Virus record (IMG/VR): IMGVR_UViG_3300032397_000006
Coordinates: 32,001 to 96,000 of that record
Origin: a virus
Strand: one strand, 5' to 3'
DNA: 64,000 nucleotides
Shown here: in pieces, positions 27,420-35,227 of the stretch
How the letters are laid out: each line of letters begins with the position of its first letter
Position numbering within the stretch: position 1 is the stretch's first letter
Position numbers and translations under genes: made by a program
Notes under the pieces: generated by a model
Database searches by the model: none
Told to the model about the DNA's origin: nothing
The model's input: only the letters and a program-made list of their open reading frames with translations

Positions 27420-27937
27420 TTCGTAGCTCTCATGCGATTCTCGAGTCCAGCGATGTCCCTATCGCGCAGGTGCACTTGCTCTGTGAGCGCGTCGACCGTG
27501 GCGTGCAGTCGGATAAATTCGCGGTCCCTCTGCGCGAGCACCGTTTGCAGCCTGACGATCTCTTTATCCTGTGCCTCGACCACCAAGCGCGTCACCTGCA
27601 GACGTAACGTGTCAGCGAGCGAAACAGGATCGGAAGGCTCCGCTGCAGTAATTCCGCGCATTACGTTACGTGCGAGCACAAGGTAGTGGAGCGCATCCTG
27701 TTTATGCAGCACCTCAACCATGCGTAGCCGATCGATCAGGATAGCGAGCAGTACGTCCTCAGTGATTCCATTGACGCTGCCGTTCGGCATTTCGCCTTCG
27801 TGAAACTCAAGTACGAAGCCGCAGCACTTGTTATCCGGGCCGCGCCACGTCACGGCATAGACGCGACTGGCGGTCACATCATCACCGTTACCCGTGATTG
27901 CGATCGCTGAATTGCTCGCGTGTTTTACGTCGCGCAT
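27416..27937 (-). CDS. diverged Tad1 paralogue fused to a coiled coil
   Basis: LEFHEG....SVNGITEDVLLAILIDRL aligns with 25128-25499; C-terminal heptads. Confidence 0.65.
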   Translation of the reverse strand: MRDVKHASNSAIAITGNGDDVTASRVYAVTWRGPDNKCCGFVLEFHEGEMPNGSVNGITEDVLLAILIDRLRMVEVLHKQDALHYLVLARNVMRGITAAEPSDPVSLADTLRLQVTRLVVEAQDKEIVRLQTVLAQRDREFIRLHATVDALTEQVHLRDRDIAGLENRMRATK

Positions 27938-27942
27938 TAGCG

Positions 27943-28131
27943 CTAGCCTTTCCGCTTGCCCGGAGCTCGGATCACGAGGCGTGAACCATCCGTGAATTCG
28001 ATTGTCGTTCCTACGCCCGGATTAAGCCTGCGGTAGGCCTGCACGAGCTGCGCGGCTGCAGTGACCATATTATCCGCGCGAATGTTGTACGCCCACGCGT
28101 GCTCTGGCGCTTCGTCCTCAGTCGACATCAC
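27943..28131 (-). CDS. hypothetical protein
   Basis: Coupled ORF. Confidence 0.5.
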   Translation of the reverse strand: MMSTEDEAPEHAWAYNIRADNMVTAAAQLVQAYRRLNPGVGTTIEFTDGSRLVIRAPGKRKG

Positions 28132-28553
28132 GTCACCCTCAGTGCGCGTAGTGCGCAGTCCCGGGCCTCGAGCAGTCTGCGCACTGCAACCACTGACTCA
28201 GCGTTCACGGTCAGGTATTGCGCGAGCATTTGCGCAAACTCGAAAAAGTCGCGAGTTACGTTCGGAGATTCAGGGCTGTACTCGAAAAAGCTCAAGATGG
28301 TTTGCACTGAGCTGTGCTCGCTTGCTGCACGTAGGCCGTGCTGCACGGCGCTGCGATCCAGGCGCTGCGAACGTAGCGCACAGTCCTGTGACTCAAGTAG
28401 CTTGCGCACCATCGTTGTTGCCTCTGCATTTGCCGGCAGCTGTGCGGCGATTACGCGTGCGAATACTCCAAACAGTGTTTCCTCGAAAAGCTGTAGCAAG
28501 CTCTGCACTGAGGGGTGCTGTGCCGCCGTTACCTTGTTATCGTCAGGTGTCAT
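28128..28553 (-). CDS. tandem-duplicated paralogue of the 24818-25081 hairpin protein
   Basis: Two repeats: PANAEATTMVRKLLESQDCALRS and VNAESVVAVRRLLEARDCALRA. Confidence 0.75.
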   Translation of the reverse strand: MTPDDNKVTAAQHPSVQSLLQLFEETLFGVFARVIAAQLPANAEATTMVRKLLESQDCALRSQRLDRSAVQHGLRAASEHSSVQTILSFFEYSPESPNVTRDFFEFAQMLAQYLTVNAESVVAVRRLLEARDCALRALRVT

Positions 28554-28819
28554 TCGCTCCCTTTACTCGCGGGTTGCGGCATCGCGTCTTTCAAGAGTTG
28601 CAACATGCGTTCTTGTACAGGCGCCACTTCTCCTACGTGCGACGCCACTTCCTTTTCTTTTCGTCCTACGACCAGAATGCGCGCCGTAATCGCTTCCGGC
28701 TGCACACTCACTCGCGGGAACTGCACGTGCAACAGGCTACCTGTGATCCTGACGATCTCGCCTGTATGCTGCTCACCTGCATATTCGAAGTCGACGATAT
28801 CTCCCACTGAGAAACTCAC
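28550..28819 (-). CDS. SH3/KOW-like hypothetical protein
   Basis: FSVGDIVDF....GEIVRI. Confidence 0.5.
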   Translation of the reverse strand: MSFSVGDIVDFEYAGEQHTGEIVRITGSLLHVQFPRVSVQPEAITARILVVGRKEKEVASHVGEVAPVQERMLQLLKDAMPQPASKGSE

Positions 28820-29043
28820 GGCTTATACCTTTCTAACGCGTCGACTAGGACATCGGTCAACGCGTCGGGCTCGTCCCTTACGTGTATGTGATTCGTTAGA
28901 ATGCCAGCAAGCTCGAGTAGCGTTTTACGCATAGCGGCATTCTCTTTTCGTAGCCGCTCCACCGTACCAGGCTCCTCGACATCCGCCAACTTTCCGAATG
29001 CTGCGTGTAGGGCTCTTACTATTCCGCGCTCGGTTTCGTCCAT
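28816..29043 (-). CDS. hypothetical protein
   Basis: SD GAGGT; downstream of a degenerate palindrome at 29066-29084. Confidence 0.55.
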   Translation of the reverse strand: MDETERGIVRALHAAFGKLADVEEPGTVERLRKENAAMRKTLLELAGILTNHIHVRDEPDALTDVLVDALERYKP

Positions 29044-29257
29044 TTTATACCTCTACGCTGGCGCCTTATCGCACGGTATTATAAGTGTGCATTGATCGAC
29101 TGCGCGGGATTTCCGAGTCTTGGTTTATGCGCTCCACTCGAGAGCCTTATCGCAGCGAGGACAAGCAATCATCGCCCGTTATCGAAATGCGCCCACGTCC
29201 ACACCAACCAGCACAGCAGCAGCGCTAACGAAAAAACAATTAGCGCATCGTAGCGTG

Positions 29258-29641
29258 TCATTTGTAGCGATCACTCAGCGTGCGGGCTGCGTCTAACCAC
29301 TCGTCGAGATCGCGTGCGAGACGCGCTGCGCTTTCATCCTGCAACGTGTACGTACCTATTCCGAACGCGAGCGAAGTCGAGTATCCGATCAGCCGGCCTT
29401 CGCCATCATGTAGTGGGAAATGATGCTGTCCGGATACGTGCTGAATCGCATCTTGCTCGTAGAGCTCGCACGCTCGCTTATGCGCCTCCATTTGTTCCGG
29501 TGCGCAGCTCTCTGGATCAGGGAAAAAGTCGCGCGGATCTCCGCCTGGAAAAAAGCCGTAGCTTACTATGCCGCTCTCCTCGCGGATCTTGTCTGCGATA
29601 GCGCGGAGCATGGTGATTTCGTCCTCGGGCAGTTCGTACAC
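29258..29641 (-). CDS. hypothetical protein
   Basis: GGDPRDFFPDPE.C..E...HK.AC motif. Confidence 0.6.
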   Translation of the reverse strand: MYELPEDEITMLRAIADKIREESGIVSYGFFPGGDPRDFFPDPESCAPEQMEAHKRACELYEQDAIQHVSGQHHFPLHDGEGRLIGYSTSLAFGIGTYTLQDESAARLARDLDEWLDAARTLSDRYK

Positions 29642-29949
29642 CGCGCGCCTTTCAGTGCGTTGCCGAATCCACGCGCTCCGAGATAGCCGCGAGCGCGATC
29701 TTTGCCGTGTCTGCTACGAACGTCTTTTCGTCGGCTAATTTAGCGCTCGCTCCCGTTAGCAGGAACAGCACGGCATTATGTCTACGGTGCCAGCGCTCGT
29801 GATCGAGCTTCGCCGTGCACTCGCTATCGTTGTCCGCATTCAGCACGCCCTCGTGTGCGTCCTGCCACTCCGTATCGAGCAGCATTAACGCCACTGCTAG
29901 CGTCACGACTCCGGTAAATAGACCCGTTGCATCCTCGTCAGTTTCCATT

Positions 29950-30513
29950 TTAGCTAGTCTCCATTCCCCACGCGTCCCAGCCGCTGACACGCGCACGCGC
30001 AAACAATTCAATTCGCGGCCTGTCGCCGTACAGACTCACGATCTTGTCGCGAATCACCGGAGGCTTCTCCGAGTGCCTTCCGCGACCGTGCAGCACGACC
30101 TGCCCCATTGCACAGTCCAGCAACGGAAAAGGTCGCCCGCGAGGCCTCAGCGTCGCCAGCAGGCATAATTCAGTCGTGGGCTTGGTGCACGTCGGAGGCA
30201 CGCCTTGCCCGTTGATTATCGCGCCTGATTTATTCGTTTTCACCCACACGAACGCGACACCTCGATAGTGCAAGCCCCACGATGCGATCGCGCGAAATGC
30301 GAGGTCCGCACGAGGACACGTGCACCACAGAAACAACGCACCTTCGCGCCCTCGAAACAGCGCGCGGATCGGCATGTCGCAAATCTCGTCGATCGACATC
30401 AGATCGTAGTGCTTACCCGCAGCTCCATCCTTTGTCGCCGAGCCGTACATAGGCCAGGGCGGATCGGCGTAGATCAGATCGTAGCCGGCTGCGTGCTCAC
30501 TGAGCGCGATCAT
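29950..30513 (-). CDS. MT-A70 family N6-adenine methyltransferase
   Basis: YADPPW, HY.LMS.DEI, LFLWCT, FVWVK, HSEKP, IELFAR, GWDAWG; ATGA start at 30513. Confidence 0.92.
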   Translation of the reverse strand: MIALSEHAAGYDLIYADPPWPMYGSATKDGAAGKHYDLMSIDEICDMPIRALFRGREGALFLWCTCPRADLAFRAIASWGLHYRGVAFVWVKTNKSGAIINGQGVPPTCTKPTTELCLLATLRPRGRPFPLLDCAMGQVVLHGRGRHSEKPPVIRDKIVSLYGDRPRIELFARARVSGWDAWGMETS

Positions 30514-30803
30514 TTGCGACACCGCGGCATCCTGCGCGCTAGCGGCACGGTGCGAAGTGCTGCCGTGTGCTCGCGTAGAAAATCGAGCACGTACCGCGTG
30601 GCCTCGGCCTTCGCGTCCTCGATTCCCTTGTGCTCTAACGGCACGCGCGAGATCCCTAGTCGGGGGCAGCTCAACAGCCACTGCGTAGCGGCAAAATCAA
30701 TATGCCGGTGCACGCACAGCTCGCACTGCCCGAATTTCACGCGATGCGCGTACGCGATCGTCGTGCCTGCCCTCGTGTCCTCGATCCAATCGCCCACGCT
30801 CAC
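30510..30803 (-). CDS. hypothetical protein
   Basis: Coupled ORF. Confidence 0.5.
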   Translation of the reverse strand: MSVGDWIEDTRAGTTIAYAHRVKFGQCELCVHRHIDFAATQWLLSCPRLGISRVPLEHKGIEDAKAEATRYVLDFLREHTAALRTVPLARRMPRCRK

Positions 30804-30851
30804 CCCTGCGCGCGGCTTTACTACGGCGTACGATAACCGTCAAGCTGCAGA

Positions 30852-31433
30852 TCAACGCTCGATAAACGCGAGCAAACGATCTATTGCTTCGACCTCCGGA
30901 TCGGGCGCTTGCGCGGGCACTAGGCGGAGCACCGCGGCTTGCCTAGGCGCGTGCAGCAGTCGCACCGGAGGTGCTGCTACAGGCGCTTCGAACGAGGCCA
31001 AGGTGCGCGCCTTATCGTCGCGCTCAAGCTCCCAATCAAACGAGACCGAACCGTAAAAGTTCACGTCGAAATAGTCGGTCATCCTGTCCGATCGGTCATA
31101 GTTGTAAGCGTCTCGAATGCCCTCTAGCGCGTCCAGCAAAGCCCGCGCTGCGTCGGTGTAGCGGCCTCCCGGGTGCGAGGTCGAGTGCGGGTAATCCCGT
31201 TCGTACAGCACGCGTTCAGGGCTGCAAATCACGAAACCCTCAGGCGCCGCAGTGACCTCCACGTCGAGACTGCGCCCTCCGCTATATTTTCGTACGCGCA
31301 CCGAGATTTTGCAGTCCGGCATCGCGCCCGACTTGATCGAGGCCTTGATCTCCGCGCGCACACGCTTTGCGATGGCCACGATCGACAAGTCGCGATCGTA
31401 TTTCGAACCTGAGCTATTGCAGTTTTCCATCAC
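30852..31433 (-). CDS. large polyvalent protein-associated (LPD29-like) domain protein
   Basis: AKRVRAEIK..KISVR..YSGG.SLDV...YN.D.SD.MTDYF; SD AAGGGAAGGG. Confidence 0.65.
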   Translation of the reverse strand: MMENCNSSGSKYDRDLSIVAIAKRVRAEIKASIKSGAMPDCKISVRVRKYSGGRSLDVEVTAAPEGFVICSPERVLYERDYPHSTSHPGGRYTDAARALLDALEGIRDAYNYDRSDRMTDYFDVNFYGSVSFDWELERDDKARTLASFEAPVAAPPVRLLHAPRQAAVLRLVPAQAPDPEVEAIDRLLAFIER

Positions 31434-31452
31434 GGTACCCTTCCCTTTTTAT

Positions 31453-31710
31453 TCACACGCGCTTGTACGAACTGCTCAGTGCGTACTCAGCGGCAACGCG
31501 CCGGCACGCGGATTTCAGAAAGCTTTTCGAGTACCCGCGCAGCACCTTCAACTCGTGCGCCCAGCATCCAAGAATACTCCCGCCAAGCACCTTCACTTCG
31601 ACGCGAACATCGTCCGCCCAAACCACTTCGCCCTCGAGACCAGCCCAGCTCGGACACTGCACACCGACGTACCGAACGATCGCGCCTTTTTTGACTTCCT
31701 TGTTTCCCAC
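31453..31710 (-). CDS. hypothetical early-type protein
   Basis: GTG after the cassette SD. Confidence 0.6.
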   Translation of the reverse strand: MGNKEVKKGAIVRYVGVQCPSWAGLEGEVVWADDVRVEVKVLGGSILGCWAHELKVLRGYSKSFLKSACRRVAAEYALSSSYKRV

Positions 31711-31714
31711 AAAG

Positions 31715-31761
31715 CACCTTCCCTTCAATCTAGTTATCTCACGACGCGATAACTCGCGCAA
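31715..31761 (-). promoter_or_regulatory. repeated promoter/operator/RBS cassette
   Basis: Near-palindrome 31734-31752; SD GAAGGGAAGGTG. Confidence 0.8.
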
Positions 31762-31777
31762 GCGGAAACGCCCGCGG

Positions 31778-32200
31778 TCAGGAGACCGAGCGCGCCAGAT
31801 CTTCGACCGCTCGCCGCAAGTCAAACCGATTCAAGTCTTCGTCCAGACTTTCGCGCCCGAGTACGCGCTCAGCGAGAGCTCGCACTTTCAAGATGTCGTC
31901 ACTGAATTCCTCGTTCACACACTCGAGTTTTTCCACCTGATCTTCGAGCTCGCTGATCTCGCCGCGCAAGCGCTCGATCACGTTGCGTTCACTCACGAGC
32001 TCGTCAACCAAGCACTGCGCCAGCTTCGCAAACTGCAGCGCGATAGGCCCCACGTCCCGCGCCACGCCGTTATCGACAACACACACGCCTTCACTTTGGA
32101 GCACTGAGACGAACGCCCGAAAATCCTCGATCTTCCGGTCAGCCGCTTCCTCGAGTGACAGCGCCTTCGGTCGCGCCTTCGCTTTTACGTTCCTTGCCAC
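31778..32200 (-). CDS. coiled-coil hypothetical protein
   Basis: GTG after the cassette SD. Confidence 0.65.
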   Translation of the reverse strand: MARNVKAKARPKALSLEEAADRKIEDFRAFVSVLQSEGVCVVDNGVARDVGPIALQFAKLAQCLVDELVSERNVIERLRGEISELEDQVEKLECVNEEFSDDILKVRALAERVLGRESLDEDLNRFDLRRAVEDLARSVS

Positions 32201-32204
32201 GACT

Positions 32205-32251
32205 CACCTTCCCTTCGATTTAGTTATCGCATGTTCCGATAAGCTATGCAA
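32205..32251 (-). promoter_or_regulatory. repeated promoter/operator/RBS cassette
   Basis: Near-palindrome 32224-32242; same SD. Confidence 0.8.
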
Positions 32252-32260
32252 GATCAAAAG

Positions 32261-32584
32261 CTAGTCGCTTGCGGCATCATCGTACGCTGCGATTCCGTGC
32301 CGATTCAGCACCTCAGCGAACACGCGCGCTCGTCCGAGAGCTCGGCCGTCCGCATTGTCGTAGCCCATGTAAATCGCGTTCTTGCCCACGCCGTAGCCTT
32401 GCGCGTTGAAGATCAGGCCAGACTGCTCACACACCTTTTTGACCGCTTTGATCAGAGCGCGGTCACCCGACACGCATACGTAAGCACGACCGCAGCCGGA
32501 CGCGCGAGCAGCAATGTAGGGCGCGTCATTTGCCTCGCGGATTGCTACGGCCACCTTGCTCTCGAGCTCTGAATTCTTTCCCAT
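32261..32584 (-). CDS. conserved phage early-type protein
   Basis: GCGRAYV...IYMGYDN..G...FAEVL..HGI.AY. Confidence 0.7.
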   Translation of the reverse strand: MGKNSELESKVAVAIREANDAPYIAARASGCGRAYVCVSGDRALIKAVKKVCEQSGLIFNAQGYGVGKNAIYMGYDNADGRALGRARVFAEVLNRHGIAAYDDAASD

Positions 32585-32588
32585 GAAA

Positions 32589-32635
32589 CACCTACCCTTC
32601 AATCTAGTTATCGCACGAGACGATAACAGCGGCAA
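32589..32635 (-). promoter_or_regulatory. repeated promoter/operator/RBS cassette
   Basis: Near-palindrome 32608-32626; SD GAAGGGTAGGTG. Confidence 0.8.
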
Positions 32636-32667
32636 CGCTTTTCGACCGCTAACGTAGGAGCGCTCGC

Positions 32668-34077
32668 TTAACTCTCGACGCTGTGTCTGTGAGCGGCGTG
32701 CCTCTCGGCTGCCTGCCGGCTGCCGGTCTCTGCGATCACGCTGCCTGCGCGGCGCACTTGCCAGAGCCCGTCCGATCCACGCTGTACCGTGTGCTGCCCG
32801 TGCGTCGCCACGACGGGCCCTGTAGCGCTCGCTGGATCGCGCACGGGCAAAGGGGGTGGCGTACCGCCAGCCTTGCCCGGAAGGGGCGGAGGCTTGGCGG
32901 CGTCGGCCTGTTTCGGCAACGGCGGAGGCACGCCCGCGGCACGCGTCGGAGGTGTCTCGCGCTTGCGCTGATCCACAGCCGCGAGCGCTGCCGCTTGCGC
33001 CGCAGCACGCTTTGCCTTCGCACCTCGAGGCTTCGCGCCCTTCGCGCCCTGCAACGAGGCCAACAGCTTCGCGTGCTGCGCGAGCTGCGCGCCTTGCTGC
33101 GCGAGCTGCGCCTGTAGCTTGCCCTCCCTGCGCGTCGATTTCGCATGCTCCGCGGTCAGTGCTGCGTGTCCATTCGCTTGCGCTGCTGCGTGCTCTCGCA
33201 ATTGCGAGCGTGCCGCTTTCGCTGCTCTCTGATCGCCTGAGCGTTTCGCCTGCACGAGTGCACTGCGCGCGATCTTGTGCTCGCGCACGAGCGCTTGCGT
33301 CGAGGCCTGATGCTGCGCGTGCTGTTGCGCGAGCTGACCGTGCAACGCCTTAAGCTGAACCTGAGTCTGTTTATGGGCTGCGATCAAATGCTGTTGCGCG
33401 ATCGCGTGCGCCTGCATTTGTTTCGCATTACGTTTCTTCGACTCTGCGAGCCGTCCCGACGCGGTGCGCTTATGTGCCTGCAGTTTTTTCGCGAACGCTT
33501 TCTGATGCGAAAGCAACGCGCCCGCAGAGATTCGCTTCTGCTGCTCGAGTCTCTTACTGTGTGCGCGAACCGTAAGCTTGAGCTTTTTCTTGAAGGCCTT
33601 CTGATGCGCGAGGAGCTTCTCTGTGTGCTGCTTTTTCTGCTGCTCAAGTTTCTGCTTAGGCGTGAGCTTTTTCGCCTTACTGCGCGCAGGCACGTGCAAC
33701 GGCATGCGGGCAAGCTTGCTCCACTTACCGCCAGCTTTACGACCTACCCATTTCTTACCGTCGAAACGAAACTCGTGCCGCTGGCCGCGCGACTTGACGT
33801 GAAAGGTGCTCGCCTTTCCGGAGTGCTCGATCTTGTGCACCATGCCCGCGGCACCCGTCCGCATCGCAACGGCGGTACCTACGCCTAGTCGTCGAGGAGC
33901 GCCCTGCGGCGCTGCGTAGACGTAATTCCAACCACCCTTACCGTCTGCTTTACGCGTAAGGTATTTATGACCAGGCATTTCCTGCCCGGGCACAGCAGCT
34001 TTACGCAAGGGCTCCGCAAAAGACAGCACGTCGAAGTGCGTCACGTCTTGTGCAGTCAACGGAATTACCAGGAGCAT
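32668..34077 (-). CDS. tagged, highly basic coiled-coil protein (putative internal head protein)
   Basis: LRKAAVPGQEMPGHKYLTRKADGKGGWNYVY tag; K/H/Q/A-rich; PPPLP repeats. Confidence 0.75.
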   Translation of the reverse strand: MLLVIPLTAQDVTHFDVLSFAEPLRKAAVPGQEMPGHKYLTRKADGKGGWNYVYAAPQGAPRRLGVGTAVAMRTGAAGMVHKIEHSGKASTFHVKSRGQRHEFRFDGKKWVGRKAGGKWSKLARMPLHVPARSKAKKLTPKQKLEQQKKQHTEKLLAHQKAFKKKLKLTVRAHSKRLEQQKRISAGALLSHQKAFAKKLQAHKRTASGRLAESKKRNAKQMQAHAIAQQHLIAAHKQTQVQLKALHGQLAQQHAQHQASTQALVREHKIARSALVQAKRSGDQRAAKAARSQLREHAAAQANGHAALTAEHAKSTRREGKLQAQLAQQGAQLAQHAKLLASLQGAKGAKPRGAKAKRAAAQAAALAAVDQRKRETPPTRAAGVPPPLPKQADAAKPPPLPGKAGGTPPPLPVRDPASATGPVVATHGQHTVQRGSDGLWQVRRAGSVIAETGSRQAAERHAAHRHSVES

Positions 34078-34598
34078 TATCCGGCGTCTCGCTTGCGCGT
34101 TACCATGATCACCAGGCGCTTCTGTGCAGGCGCGTAGAACTGCTCTGCCTTGATCACCGTACGTAGCGCAGGCGCGCGCTTTACGTCAGTGCTCTGATTT
34201 TTCCGCCAGAACGCGAGAGCTCTGCGCGTGATTTCGCCGCGCACGTCAGGATCAGGCACCATCACGCGCAGCGATTCGATCAAATGTCCTCGCCCGAGCG
34301 CGAGCCTTTGCTGACCTGCACGTGGCGCGTACTGCACGTTACTGCCTGCGACCAAGCGCTGCACTCGATCGCTCACGGTCGCGTCAAGGCCGAGCCCGCG
34401 CGTGATGTCCGCAACCGTGACAACGTGCCGCGGTTGCGGTGACGAGAAATCTTCGATCTCAGTCTCGAAAAGACGCGAAGGTCCGATCTCCGACTGCATC
34501 TCACCGAGGCCCATTCCAGCGCGAGCTCGCATCTTGTGCGAGCTCAGAGCGCTACCGAAACCGGGCTCGCTTAGACTGCGTAGCGGCTCTTTAATCAC
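34077..34598 (-). CDS. hypothetical protein (head-operon context)
   Basis: TAATG coupling; SD GGAGG; VIKA site. Confidence 0.65.
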   Translation of the reverse strand: MIKEPLRSLSEPGFGSALSSHKMRARAGMGLGEMQSEIGPSRLFETEIEDFSSPQPRHVVTVADITRGLGLDATVSDRVQRLVAGSNVQYAPRAGQQRLALGRGHLIESLRVMVPDPDVRGEITRRALAFWRKNQSTDVKRAPALRTVIKAEQFYAPAQKRLVIMVTRKRDAG

Positions 34599-34720
34599 GC
34601 AACCTCCAGAAAGTGCCGCCCAGCCCCCACCCTACCGGGTAGCGTGCCACGCTGCTAAGCGCGGCGCCCTATGCTGCGCGATTGGGGGACGCCGATCGCG
34701 CAGCATCACGCCAACAGCGC

Positions 34721-35122
34721 TTACTTCGATCCGTTCACGTCACGGAAGCCATACGCGATCACCTGCACCACTTCGGTGTTCGCTGCAACGGCGACGGCAA
34801 GCGTGACACGGCGTGGCTTTCCAGCTGCGTCGTTCGCGATGCTCAATCCCGTGGCTGCCGCGCCCGTGGCATCCACTTGCACCGCGGTACCCACGAACAG
34901 CTGCCGCTTGCGCGGAGTGCCTGCCGGGTTGACGATTTCGACGTAGCCGGGATCGAAGGGCAGATCCAGCGTACCTCCGACGCCGCCCGCACCCGTGATG
35001 GTCCCTGCGAAGATTTCGCAGGCGTGCTGCATGTAGCCCTGCGCGACCTTGTAATGATCGGTCGTCGGCACATCCGCTTTCGCGGTGGGAATGAGACTCT
35101 GCGCAAACGTAGTTCGTGGCAT
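34721..35122 (-). CDS. putative structural/decoration protein
   Basis: Beta-rich; LDLPFDPGYVEIVN; own promoter TTGACC-N17-TACCTT near 35186-35214. Confidence 0.55.
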   Translation of the reverse strand: MPRTTFAQSLIPTAKADVPTTDHYKVAQGYMQHACEIFAGTITGAGGVGGTLDLPFDPGYVEIVNPAGTPRKRQLFVGTAVQVDATGAAATGLSIANDAAGKPRRVTLAVAVAANTEVVQVIAYGFRDVNGSK

Positions 35123-35227
35123 CTGATTTTTCTCCCCTTGGTTTCAGTGAGCCGCGCACTCAGCGCGAGATCCCCAACGCGGGAAAAGGTATCGCGATCC
35201 TGCATAGCGGTCAACGCTGACAAATAG

